Source: Macrostomum hystrix (lineage: Eukaryota; Animalia; Platyhelminthes). From it: DNA of 64,000 nt. The stretch covers positions 3,782,001 to 3,846,000 of the forward strand of contig CATNEN010000011.1 in NCBI GenBank assembly GCA_950097015.1, given 5' to 3'. This document shows positions 1-12,600 of the stretch, piece by piece. The notes under the pieces are model-generated. The model saw nothing but the letters and a program-made list of their open reading frames with translations. It was not told where the DNA came from and made no database searches. The first letter of the stretch is position 1; the number at the start of each line of letters is the position of its first letter. The position numbers and the translations under genes are program-made.

Positions 1-242
1 CTTAAATACTGAAAATACTTAATTATAGCCATTATTTATGGCTAAAAATGGGCAAGAAACCATAAAGCAAATTGGAATAGATATTTTATTAATTTTTGCT
101 AAATGATTACTTTAACTAGGCATAAACTAGAAAATAACAACTTTAGTTTTGTAAAAAAAAGTAAGCAAAATCAGGAAGTGCTTATTCCCACGGTCCCATG
201 CTGATAATTTCAATTTTATCCACATGGATCTGTACCGACATA

Positions 243-506
243 CATGCGCAACACCCGGCCGAACCGGCCAGGTGAAACGAGGGCCAAGCAAGGTAAGTCG
301 CAAAAACCAATTGACCAAGCGCAAAAAACTCAAAGGGGGGACCAAGGGACAAAAAAGGAAGGCGTGAAGAAAAGGAAAAGGGGGAGAGAAAAAGAAAGCA
401 AATGAGAGCAAACTAAGTCATAAATAGAGCAATGAAACGAACTAAGTTGCAAATGAGAGCAAAAACTAAGTCGCACGGCCGGCTAAGATTTGGGAGGTTG
501 AGCATG
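243..506. mobile_element. MITE with CATGCGCAAC terminal inverted repeats and TA target duplication (Tc1/mariner-type); second copy at 23990-24214
   Basis: TA|catgcgcaac...gttgagcatg|TA; the internal purine-rich sequence is the reverse complement of 24020-24210. Confidence 0.75.
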
Positions 507-1853
507 TATGCGTGCCGATAATTTTCTGCTTATCCACACGGCAGCTTGTATGAGGACCATGGGTATAAGCTCTGCCCAAAATCATGATAATTTATTTACC
601 AACTTTGATAAGACTTTGACTAGGCCTATTTCTAATGAAGTTCAGCAACAAAACCTTTTTAAAGTCAATTTTCTAATAATTTTATCCATTAGCATTATTC
701 TACTAACAAAACACTAGCAGAAATTTTTCCTCATTTGGCAACGATTCTTCCTATGATACTATCCTATAGCTAAATAGCTGTGAAGGATAAATAAGATTTT
801 TAACAACATATTTCCAATAAGGCCCTACCTTTTCTATATTCTTGGCTGGCATAGCATGGGCAGCATGCTATGATATAGGCCTAGCACCCCACTTTAGTTC
901 TTTGCTAATGAGTTGTATAGCCCAAAGCTATAGTTAGCTTGGCATAGCACTCTTTTGAGCCAAATTTTATTAAGCCAAGTTTCCTAGTGCAAGTCCATGA
1001 ACTTTGTGCAAAAATTTCAATAGGGGCCTAGGCCTATGGATAGGGGGCCTACTTGCTCCTTAGTTTTAGGCCTAAACAAGAATAGTCAATAACTTTTTCT
1101 GCTAAAAAGTAACAAATGTGTGTAAAAAACATAATTCTTTAAAACAAAGAATTGTGGTCAAACTTTGAATCTGATTTAAAGTAGGCCTAGGCCCTAGTAA
1201 TAAAGAAAAGCTAAATTTGACTGATAGGCCAAGGTAGGCCTATAATTTGGAAAACCATGAAATTAATGGTCAGTTAAATATTTCATTCTAGCTATTTATA
1301 AAATGAATACAGCCTATGGTGGCAGTCCTACCCTTATCCTTTCGGCAAGCACGAAGTTCAATTTTAACTAGGCGCGAGACAGGTCTCTAGCTAGTGGCCA
1401 AGCCACTGCTTAGGGCAGCATTATGAAACCATTAAAAGTGAGCCGTGACATTATGCATGGTAAGAAAAGCAAATAAAATACAAAAAAAGAATACAATAAG
1501 CGACTGGCTACGTCAGTAAATTTAATGGTTTAACGCAGTTAAACAGGAAATGTTACTGTAACGTTATTAACCAGCTCAGGCTATAATTGGTCGTCGGAAA
1601 TAAATTCATACAAACGTAAAGTTAATTTAGTCGTAAGCAAAATCATACGGAAACTCTATTGGCTATAACAAATACACATTCGCGCTTAGGGTCTTAAGAA
1701 ATCGCGCTATATTATTTTTTTTTTAATAATCGCATTTTGGCTTTATAACTTAAAAAGCGAATTAAAAAATCCATGATTTGTAACTTCTGTTTCGTTCAGA
1801 TCTCGTTTAGAAGAGGGCAACAAATATGATTTAATAGGACATTATTTCGGCAG

Positions 1854-2140
1854 ATATAGGCGTAGGGACGGGGAGGAGAGTGGCGCCATGGTATCTGGTA
1901 TCTGTCCCCTCCAGATTTAAAGCGCAAAACGTTCAATTTTTTTTATTTTTACTCATATTTTTTATTCATGCTGCTCAAAGACCACTGCTATAGGAGAGTC
2001 TACAGCTGCTAGTGGTCCTTTGTTGTCATGCTTAATTGCGTCAATGCATAATGGTATAAAATTAAATGTATATATATTTAAACCTTGGCCCCCTTTGCCC
2101 CCCACTTGCCCTCTTATTCCAATCGTTCCTACGTCTATAT
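1854..2140. mobile_element. Probable MITE with 17-bp imperfect TIRs
   Basis: atataggcgtagggacg (1854-1870) versus cgttcctacgtctatat (2124-2140). Confidence 0.55.
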
Positions 2141-3520
2141 GACGCCAGGTGCCTCAGATCAATCTTTCAAATCGGGCCCAACACTGCAATTGCCAGTCAA
2201 TGCAAATTCATTGCATGTCACTATTATATTTGTTAATTTGATCATTTTTTCAAGAACCTAATTAATCTGTCAAAGATCCGTTTTCATTTGGTACATGAAC
2301 ATAATACAACTCGCATCCGTCATCGACATCGCCTCGTTTGCTCATCGTCAAGTTCACAGATCTGCAATGATGGCTGCTCGATCTCCGTTTCCTGCGATCG
2401 GAGCTAAATTTATAAGCATATGCATAATTGTTTTTAAATCGATATTTAATTATATAATGGTTTAAATTATTTTGCTCAAAATTAAGTCAATGGATATTTT
2501 TTTCGAATATTGACACCTATACGTCCCTGTACTAGCTATCTACTTTTTATTACTGGGTTCCTCTAGCATCGCATTTCACAGGTTTATAGTTTTCTAAAGC
2601 AACTTGACACTGCTTACACATATTATATTATACATGCTGCTTGCACTGATTTACCAGCAGCAGGCCGGCCGTCATGTAGAAAGTGCATGCTAACTGTTTC
2701 GGGGGGCTGCATGGTACCAGAGTTCATTCTAAGCCGAAAACACCCTTTATATTTTTTGTGACATCGAAATTGTAATTAGTCAAAATTACAGTTAAAATTA
2801 CATGCAGTAGCGGAAACATCGACTTCTTAATATACGGCACATATAGTATACACGCTTAATAAAGTTTAGCTTAGTTGCGCTGTAAATTATTGAAATGGTA
2901 AGGTGTTTATTATTATTATTATTACTATTATTATTACAATGTACACGCGCCGTGTGGGTGCTGATTTTTTTGTTTATTCTGCGTTAATAATGAGTAATGA
3001 GTACATGCATGGTTGATTCGAAAAAATTGGCGATGAAACAAACAGAAGCGTGTAAAAAAGTGCAAGAAATAAAGAGAAAATTATTATAATTTTAAATAGA
3101 AATTTAAACTCCGAGGATCTAAAAGCTAGAAGTTTACTTTGCTCATGGAAAAAGGACATGTCATACAGAAATTAATAATTAACTTTTTCTATGAAGTATT
3201 TTTTCTTACTATAAAGAATTTCTTCTTTGTAGGTACAGCTCAGTACTCCTTTAATGTTGAGAAAACATTGAGGATGTGAAATGGTTTCCCAGAGAGACGA
3301 AAAACTTTACATTGTGAGGAAGACGTGCGGAATAGCAACTACGCGACAATGCGTCTGTCAAACAGGCTAGTCTTTAATTGGCTAAAAACTGGCAGTCAAT
3401 ATTTTTGCTAAAATGCTATAAGGCTTTTCTCGCGGTATTTTAGTATGGAAATCAATATAGGATTCAACGCCTTCAGCTAATTAACAACCGTGTAAAGCTT
3501 TATAATCATCATTCATCCGG

Positions 3521-4336
3521 ATGTCCTCTGTGACAACAACGGTCCTGCTGACAGCAGCGTTGCTGCTCCTGACTGCAGGAAGCCTCAGCAATGCTGATCA
3601 GCTGCTCCTGACTGCAGGAAGCCTCAGCAATGCTGATCAGCAACAAAGAAATCGGCTGACTGGCTTCACTTTGAAATTCGCTCGACTGTGCCTGCAGCCG
3701 GATTTCATTGTTGCCCAGCACAATCGCATAAAGAACGAGTTGATGTGCGCGTTCGCCTGTCTCAAACTCAGCTCCAGCTGCCAGGGATTCCAGTGGGAAA
3801 ACGATAGCAATTGCCGATTGTTCGTGTTCGACAGGTGCAGCCACAAGGTCCGGACCGACTGCAGTCAGTTCGCGTGGGTCTTTGTTCGCAATCAGGCGGG
3901 CCTGCCGGACGGTCAGCTGTGTCCCAATGGCTTCGGCAGCTCCTTCTTCGGATCCATCTACAGGATGCTGGCCGTCACGAGCTGGACTGCCGGTCTGACC
4001 AAGTGCAATGCGCTGCCCGGACTCACCAAGTACTCGGACGCCAACGACCGCAATGAGACGCAGCACTTTCACTGGATCAAGACCAATGTGAACTCCGGGA
4101 ATGGCTATTACATTGGTGGCTGGAGACCAGGCAGTTTGTTTAATGACACCTGGTACTGGCGTGACTGCAATGCCAGCTTCCTGCCGGAGGTGTGGTTGCC
4201 GGGCCAGCCGAACGGGGGCAGCCCCACCAATCGGGCAAACATCTGGTCCAGCCACACCGGAGGGGTTGACGACGAGCACGAATCGGGGCGCGGCATCGAC
4301 TTCGCTTTGTGCGAATGCATCGATCCATTCGTTTGA
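3521..4336 (+). CDS. Secreted PAN/apple-domain plus C-type lectin-like protein, intronless, 271 aa
   Basis: Signal peptide; PAN-like C..C......CQGFQW....C; CTLD-like segment with YYIGGW, WYW and WLPGQPN; terminal Cys. Confidence 0.75.
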   Translation: MSSVTTTVLLTAALLLLTAGSLSNADQLLLTAGSLSNADQQQRNRLTGFTLKFARLCLQPDFIVAQHNRIKNELMCAFACLKLSSSCQGFQWENDSNCRLFVFDRCSHKVRTDCSQFAWVFVRNQAGLPDGQLCPNGFGSSFFGSIYRMLAVTSWTAGLTKCNALPGLTKYSDANDRNETQHFHWIKTNVNSGNGYYIGGWRPGSLFNDTWYWRDCNASFLPEVWLPGQPNGGSPTNRANIWSSHTGGVDDEHESGRGIDFALCECIDPFV

Positions 4337-5194
4337 GCAGTCCGTGAAGTGCAAAGAACTATAACAAAATGACAATTTGCTCGTACGAGTAAATAGACTG
4401 GCTTAGAACTATATTCCTTTGAATTTTTATAATCTATAATTATAATGTTTTGATTACCGCTTCCCTAATAGGACTGGATGTGCAGCTGACACAACAGCCG
4501 TAGCTATATCGCGATTTCTAGTAGGCTACAACCCCTTCTAGGGTTCTAGGCTAATTGATAAGATTCGAACTGCAAGGTTATTGCGTGGGAATTACATCTT
4601 TCGAAAGTTAAACTACGAGTATTAGCTATACCATAGCCTAGGCTAGCTTTTATGAGCCGTGCAAGTGATACCAAATAAGGAAATCAGTTTTTGCTATTTC
4701 GTATTATTCTGGCCTGCTTACGTTATAGCTTCTATGAATAAATAGTATGAAGCGCGTTATATGAAATTTAAACTACTCGTAAGTTACTTTAATTCTTGTC
4801 TTTTGAGTCTTTTAATTGGAACCCTTTATGCCAATAAGTTCAGGGTTAGCAATAGTAATTTTCTGAACTGGCAACTTTGTAGCCAAGTCTTTATTTATAG
4901 CTGTCTAACTTTTAATTGGCATAAAATATTCACGCCATGTACTAACTAGCTAGAAGTCTACAACATATTTCTGTATTCTGCAAGAAACTTCCCACGGTGA
5001 GGTATAATTTTTCATCACTTTACAGGCAAATATTTAATAGACAGTTGCAGTGAGGCAAAACTTCTTTGGACACAACAATGTCTTCAATTTATCCCTTTAT
5101 CCCTTGCTATACTTTTGTACACATACACGAATTTAGTGTATTCAGATTTAGATTCATTTCAAAGAATTTAGTATATTTACGATTATACCTGACA

Positions 5195-5690
5195 CAGGGT
5201 GGCGAATACAGGAATTCTATTTGGAGGGGCGAATTGTCAGAGGGCGCCGATGGGGCACCAATGGGGGCGCCAACCACCCACCAGGGGTACCAACCACTCC
5301 ATTAGGGGCGCCAACCACCCATCAGGGGCGCCAACCACCCAACAGGGGCACCAACCACTCCATTAGGGGCGCCAACCACCCATCAGGGGCGCCAACCACC
5401 CAACAGGGGCACCAACCACCCAACATGGGTGCCTACCACCCCATTAGGAGGGACAACCACTCCATTAAGGGCGCCAATGACCCCATTAGGGGCGCGAACG
5501 ATCCCATTAGGGGCGCCAATCACCCCATGAGGGGCGCGAACGATCCCATTAGGGGCGCCAATTACCCCATTAGGGGCGCGAACGATCCCATTAGGGGCGC
5601 CAATCACCACGTAAGGGGCGCTATAAATCCACGACGAAAATTATAGGGGGGATGGCGGTCGTCCCCAGCCCCCCTAAATCCGCCCCCAGT
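5195..5690. mobile_element. hAT-like MITE containing about 20-21 bp GC-rich tandem repeats; same family as 12353-12625 in the opposite orientation
   Basis: Ends cagggtggcgaatacaggaatt and cccccctaaatccgccccc match the two ends of the 12353 element; internal aggggcgccaa(c/t)... repeats. Confidence 0.6.
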
Positions 5691-6026
5691 GTCGTTCTGA
5701 TTGGTCAAAAGTACGTAGCTCCTTTATACGCGCTCGCTTCAACTGTTTGATGAGATCTCACCTATAAATGAGAAGCTAAAAAATACAAAACAAGCCAATT
5801 ATCACTAAGTAAGTTAAGTTCATCTGGATATTCTTGATCGCAAAACTCAGAACAAAGCAAACCGATTTTAGGCTGTAAATCTAAAATCTATTTACATTTA
5901 AATCTAAAATTTACAACAAGTACATTAGTTAGCAAACAAAAAATAAACAATCCATTAAAATCTAGGTTACAAATAGTATTGATTTATATAATTTTACCAT
6001 GAGCATTATAAATAATTAGTTTATCT

Positions 6027-8098
6027 CTAGGCACAGATCACATTTTCACAATTTGCAACCAAAGATCTGGCATCGAAATCCACGCCTTCGTCTGTCTTCG
6101 CGGTCAGAGTCCATTGCCGACGATCAACATCGAATCTGAGCAGTAGCTCACACGCAGCAGTTCCTGAAGGCAGATTCAACAGCAGATCTGGCTCTTGAAA
6201 GTGGCGGAAGAATTCCAAGCTCAGATCTACTCCAGTTGGGACATCGAACGGCTCCCGGGAAATTAGATTGGTCCCTGAGGTTGACTCGAAACGCACGGCT
6301 TTGATATGACTTAACTGATTGCCAATGCCATCGAACGGCTCAAGACGAACCAAGCCGCACACAGGAGTCGAACTTGGGACGACACGAATACGTCGCTCAA
6401 CTGTCCAAGCGGGCACGGGAACGCCCAGCTCGCGCATCAGCAGCGAAATCAGGGTGTCCGCGTCGGCGAATAGCCTCAGCGAGGCGCGCAGATCCCTAGG
6501 CGTCGGCTGAAGGTTGCAGATGGCTAAGCGGCCTCGGCCGTCCTGCAAGCATTCGAGAGGTAGACGAGCCGCCGGATTCACAGTCAGGGAGGAGCCGAGG
6601 ACCAAGCAGAGATCGGCGCGCTGGCACCAGCTGCGGGCTTCGCTGAGAACCTCCGGTTTTAGCGGGTCGCCAAACAGAACTAGAGAGTGGCGCAGCTCCG
6701 CAGCGTCAACTTTGCCGGCTTCGCTGCACGAGCGGCACTGGCGACCGGTGAAGCGCTGAGCTTCTGGCAGGCCTTGGCGGACGCGAAAGTCGCGAAAATA
6801 CTCCGTGCCACAGCTGGGACACCTGCGAGCAATGGCACATCATTTGGTGACACTGTAGACCTGCAGCCAGCGAGGAGGCAATTCTGCCCATTTCGCTGAC
6901 TCCAGAGCACACACGCACACAGGTGTGTACATCTGCCCTGACATTCTCATCGTCAGACAGTGTACACTTCACTGTGCCTTGGAGGTTGGACCTTAAGGGC
7001 GTAAATTGCACGACAAGCCCCCAAACTTTCTCTTCGCGGCTGCGTCCAAAATAAATGTGGCCTCGCCGAGGAATCGAACTTAGGGACCGTGGTGCGAGAG
7101 GCAAACGCGTTAACCGCTCTGCCACCGACCCATATGCGAGCAATGGTGGTGACGAGTCGGTGAGATTCAGCTATACCTATTACAATAGCATCACTAAAGA
7201 CATAGACTTCTCAAATGTTAGAACTCAAAGCTTCTGAATTCTTCTGAAACAAAAGAAAGTACATTGAGGCCCTCTCTACAGTCTACATCGTCATCACGAG
7301 TCCGACGCAACCATCACCTCGTGACCGGTGACCGGCGAAGATACAAAATCTACTGGTCCTACCGTTACTACCGGTAAAAACAGTACCGTGACAAGCAGCA
7401 TTATAAAATTTTAAACGATCTAATTATCTGACTAAAACACTTCTTTCCAACGTCGTGAGCGACTCAGAAACGACCCAAATGCAACTCTAAAACGTAGCGT
7501 CGTCTGAGACACATTTAACAAATTTGATGCGGAGCAGATGTAGAGGCAATGCAGGATCTCAAATTCGAAATACTTCAACATCTATCATTTACGCTTTCAT
7601 TTCGCTTGGTATCGTTACATACAGGTGCGTTAGATCCGTTTAAAAACAAAAATTCACACACGCCACAGACCACTCCACAGCCGTATTGCCGTGTAGTTCA
7701 GCCAGATTGTCCGGCGGAAATCCGCTTCGTCGATGTAGACAGTCCGTGTTCTGACTGACCAGCCGTTTCAGTAAGCCGGCCCGTTCCAGACCCACCAGCG
7801 ACATGTGAGTAAGAGTGGGCGTCAGGCCCATGGGATTTCTATACACTGGCTCCTGGCAGCCGCGAGCGCGCAGAGTCATAATACCAGCTGCGCCGCGGTA
7901 ATCCGGCAGCCCGGCGGCTGTGCTGATGCCAGCTCCGGTAAAGGCGACAAAGAACTTGGCCGACCGGACCAGATTGGCGAGGGACCTAGCCTGCCTAGAC
8001 AGTGTGGCCAAGTCCGATCGAAATTCCCTATGAGAGATTGGTTGCGAGCGACGCTGGCCTGAGCTCGACTGCTCAAATCCTGGCGGGAAGTTGCTCAT
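6027..8098 (-). CDS. Class IV sirtuin (SIRT6/SIRT7-like NAD-dependent deacylase), about 407 aa; exons 8098-7671 and 6822-6027
   Basis: FTGAGISTAAGLPDYRG, PTLTHMSL, SQNTDCLH, ELHGN, Zn ribbon CPSC...CRSC, LVLGSSLTVNPAA; phase-2 GT-AG intron 6823-7670 joins TG|G (Trp). Confidence 0.9.
6823..7130 (-). mobile_element. tRNA-derived SINE family A in the sirtuin intron
   Basis: Minus-strand head ggtcggtggcagagcggttaacgcg...gttcgattcc (A and B boxes); homologous to 40088-40326 and 48446-48806. Confidence 0.8.
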
Positions 8099-9216
8099 GC
8101 TGACTGCGTCTCTTGGACAGACGAGCGATCGAGAAGCTGAAGATTTTGAATAATTAATAAAGATGCGCTTTAGTCTGCTGAGTAGTCGGTGCGGTGCACT
8201 CTGTGTGGGAGGCGTGGGAATTAGAAAACTTGTCACCCGTACCTCATTTCCCCATCGCCACCTCCTCCAAGCTCTGTTTCAGCTCCGCAATACTGTGATG
8301 CAAGCTGTACGCCATGGTGCAGTCGCATTGTCCCGGAAGAAATCTGTCAGTAGAAAGACTAAGCTATTTTTTCCACTTAGCTCCAAAATCGAATGACCGA
8401 TTTTCGTGAAAGTCCACCATCTGGATCAAAATTTCCCGCTCTTTACGATGAACTAACTTTCAAAGCCGTCCCAGTCAGCATCGTCGTGATGCTGAAAAAG
8501 CAATAATTTAATCAATCCGAAATTGTCAACAATGATAGCCGACATGGTTACAACGATTAAATTTCGGCGTTGTCGATTGTTTGTGATTCGGGAAGTTGAT
8601 TCATCGGATAGAGCAGAAAATTTTAGCCGTGTTCTGGGTTATCATGGCGATTGGTTGAATATTTTGGAAGATACAGAAAAAAGATAAATGTGAGAATTAA
8701 TAATAGCCGTGGTTTTTCTACTGTTAATTAGTAGAGTACGGTCTAGAGAAAACGCAAGGCGCTTGTATCTTTATAAAGTCTCTTTGAGTAAGTTTTCCCT
8801 TTGAGTAATTAGAACGACTTAGATATTTTTGTCTGCTCATGTGGCACGGAACCCAGGTACAACAATGACTTGCTAATTCCTGCACTATTTTTGTTAATCT
8901 GCACACGGAAACGACCCAGACAATGGACTAAACAAATTTATGATTTACACGTACTAAGACAAAACCAAAATTTACGTTAGATTTGAAATTAATTTATAAG
9001 ACAGCTAAGACCTAAACTTATTTGTCATTAAAGAGTAATAAGAATGTTTTTTATAGATTTCTATCAAATAATGGATTTCAATTAAAGCTGTAACTTTTTT
9101 ACATTTTCATACAGATAGATTTGGCGACAAAATGATTTGCGCCAGTAGAAAAAGCGAAAAAGAAACTTTGAGTGGAGAAAACAACGATTTTGTAATAATA
9201 AATGTACATTACTGTA

Positions 9217-9497
9217 GGATCTTGTGTACACTGGGTGTCATATAAATGGGATCTTGTGTACACTGGGTGTCATATTGGTTGGATCTTGTGTACACTGGGT
9301 GTCATATTGGTTGGATCTTGTGTACACTGGGTGTCATATTGGTTGGATCTTGTGTACACTGGGTGTCATATAAGTGAGATATTGCGTACACTGGGTGTCA
9401 TATAAGTGAGATTTTGCGTACACTGGGTGTCATATAAATGGGATCTTGTGTACACTGGGTGTCATATAAATGGGATCTTGTGTACACTGGGTGTCAT
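9217..9497. repeat. 32-bp minisatellite (ggatcttgtgtacactgggtgtcata...)
   Basis: About 8-9 tandem copies, period 32. Confidence 0.9.
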
Positions 9498-9674
9498 TGT
9501 ATAGTGGCATAATGTATGATCGCCAAGTTTTTCGATTAAATAATTTGCTTTCGTTAAATATTAAGAATGCAAAATTGACAGTTATAAAGTGGGGCACTCT
9601 GAAGAGTATTATTGCATGAAAGCACTTTCTCAAAGCAGTATTGTGAAAACTGTACAACAATTATGCAATCCAGC

Positions 9675-12600
9675 CTAGACCGGACCTCCACCAGTGGCGC
9701 CCTCGTCCGTGCCCTCATCATTTTGACCTCGTTTCTTTAGCTCCAATTTGGCTCGCTTCTTGGCCTTCTTAGCAGTGTACTTCTCCCACCGGCGGTGATC
9801 GAGTTCGCGAAAGTCGTCAACGTCGGCGATGGCCTCAAGGTATTCAGCGATTCGAACTAGTTCGCGGTCGTGCTGACGATTCTGGTGCGCCTGACGAAAC
9901 GGTCGAATGCGCAGACCGGACTGCGGATTCATGGCGAAATTGCGTCGAATATCGTCAATCATGATGGTATTGGCTGCCGAGTACTGAGGATACTGGCCCC
10001 AGATGACGGCCAACGGTTTCACGCTGACATTGCTCTCATCCTCATCGCAATAGACGGAGATGCAGGCTAGGCAATCAACTAGGAGGCTGATCTTGAACAA
10101 TTCGCTAGCGAATAGGCGCATCTCGCCTAGCTTGGATAAGATCCACTTCATGCTGGTGGCGGACCACACGGCTAAGTCGTAGTGCGGATAGGCAACCTGA
10201 TTAACGATGCGTTTTGAAGACTTCGGATTCAGGGAGATTAAATAATATTTACGTATATCTGCCCATAACTGTTGTCGGTGTTATGGGTACTGATAACAGA
10301 CTGCAATCTCAAATCTTCAACAATGCAATCTGGGAAGATCAAATCCCAATCCGGGAGGATAAAATCCCAACCTAGGAGGATAAAATCCCAACCTGGAAAG
10401 ATCAAATCCCAATCTGGAAAGATCAAATCCCAATCTGGGAAGATCAAATCTTAATCTAGGAAGATCACATCTTAATCTAGGAGGATCAAATCCAAAACTA
10501 GGAAGATCAAATCCCAATCTAGGATCATCAAATCCCCAAACTGGGCAGATCGAATCCCATTCTGGGCAGATCAAATCCAAATCTGGGCAGATCAAATCCC
10601 AATCTAGGAAGATCATATCCCAACCTGGGAACATTAAATCCTAATCTGAGAAGCTTAAATCCCAACTTGGGAAGTTTAAAAGACATTAATTATTGATTAC
10701 CGTCAGCAGGTGATGAATGTACGGTCTAGTGAGCTCGTCAATGTGGCTGCCAACCGATTTGTGATCAAAGAATGTATAGTCTATGTCCAATACTAGCAGT
10801 TTCTTGTCGGGCCTGGGCGAATGAAGTTCGGTGATTTTGTATTCTCGAATGCGACGCTCAATCTTATCCAGGTACTCGGGCCGCTGCTCAAGGCGCACCT
10901 CGCCGTCGCAGTAGGCTTCGTTGTCTTCGAGGAATTCAATCGGCTCGCGTTTCTCCTCGGTGACCTAAGTTTTTTCGAAGCATCGTTTTTTGGCATTAGT
11001 GAACGGAGAGAAAGACTCCTGATTAGTCAAAAACGGTGTGTCTGACTTAGCTTCATCACTTGTGAAGCTAGGTTTACATCTATATTTTACTCTACACCCA
11101 CACTGACTAAGGGATGCCACTGTCCTGACTAATGTCTATTTTTAGTAACAAGTCTGCCTGGCCTAGGATTCACTGCCCTACGTATTCATGACGTCAGTTT
11201 CTATTTTTAGCAACAAAACCTCTTGGTTATGGTTCTATTAATAGAAACCATGTGAAGCACTACCTTTTCTGCACTATGTTAACTGTGCCCGCTAAGGCCA
11301 AGACCAGAAAATTTCTTTCCATTGGTTTTTGTTCTCGTAGTTTGTTTTCCCGTGTGATTCTTTGCATTCCCTTAAGTGCGTACATGTATGCCGCTAAATC
11401 TATATATATAAAAGTGAAAACTCTGTCTGTCTGTGTGTGTGTGTGTGTGTGTGTGCAACCTTTTGTCTTTATAGACGCCGAAACCGCTCAACCAAATCGC
11501 ACCAAACTTTGCACATACCTAAAACCACCTACGCTGAGTGCAATAGGCTACTCAAATTCCCGAAAAATCATTTCCTTCCTGCTCAAAAGTGCAAAAAACT
11601 GCTCAAAAATCGTCAAAAAATCACTCAATTCGACATATCGTCGCCCCACTTTGTCAGATTTTCTCCAAATTTGATCCACTTACACTTTACATGTTTTCCA
11701 ACAATGCCGTCAATTTTGAACATCTCTACTCAATCCAGAGCAAAGCTGCATCATCTCAAAGTGAGTCACTTTTTGTTTTCCGAGGACAGCCACCCCAACT
11801 CCCCTCCGCCACTCTGCGGGCCAAATTTTATTACAGCCACCCCCTCCCTTCCCCGGGCGCCGAAGCCCCAGACTGTACATTGTATTTCAAGCCGTGAATG
11901 TACACAGCCCAAACCCCTAGACTGTCTACTGGCCCCCAAGCAGCACTGAGACTGAGTGTGGTGAGTGCGGTGGCGTCCCAGTGCGCAGGGCTTTTTTGTA
12001 GCTAAAGTGAAAACTCTGTCTTTAGGCTCAAGGCTCAGGGACAGTCGCTGAAGGTGGCTGGCATCAACCTGGAGACTCCTTGCTTCTCGCATGGGCAGCT
12101 TTATGTCGCCTGCTCCCGTGTTGGAACTCCAGCTGGCCTATTCATTTTCGCACCAAGGGGAAGAACGAAGAATATGGTGTATCCCCAGGCCTTGAGGTGA
12201 CTCGCAAGCAATTAATAGAAAAGTAGTCACGAATTGACCTTGACCTGTCTAACTCTGAACTCTGAAACAGTTTAATTTTGTTTCTTTGACATTGTTATTG
12301 TTATGCCATGGCTATTTTCCTTATGTATACGCGTGTACATGCATACTGTATACAGAGGCAGATTTAGGGGGGGGCGGGGGGGCAGTCGCCCCCCTAAATT
12401 TTAATCATGGGAATAAGATGCCCCCACCAGGGGCGCCAGTCGCAGCACTGGCGCCCCTTTTCGGCCGCTGGCGCCCCTTTTTCAGCCGCTGGCTCCCGTT
12501 TTTCAGCCGCTGGCGCCCTTTCTTGGCTCCTGGCGCCCTTTTTCGGCCGCTGGCACCCCCTCTGTGATTCTCATGGCGCTCCCCTGACAGACCGCCCCAA

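Noticed and set aside
3509-4375. 288-aa minus-strand ORF
   Set aside because: Antisense shadow of the PAN-lectin CDS; no recognisable motifs.
5221-5646. 141-aa repetitive ORF (IRGANDP repeats)
   Set aside because: Translation of the tandem array inside a MITE.
7238-7420. Short hydrophobic ORFs or apparent mirror-read sequence in the sirtuin intron
   Set aside because: About 35 codons or fewer, no motif and no second copy to support a reversal.
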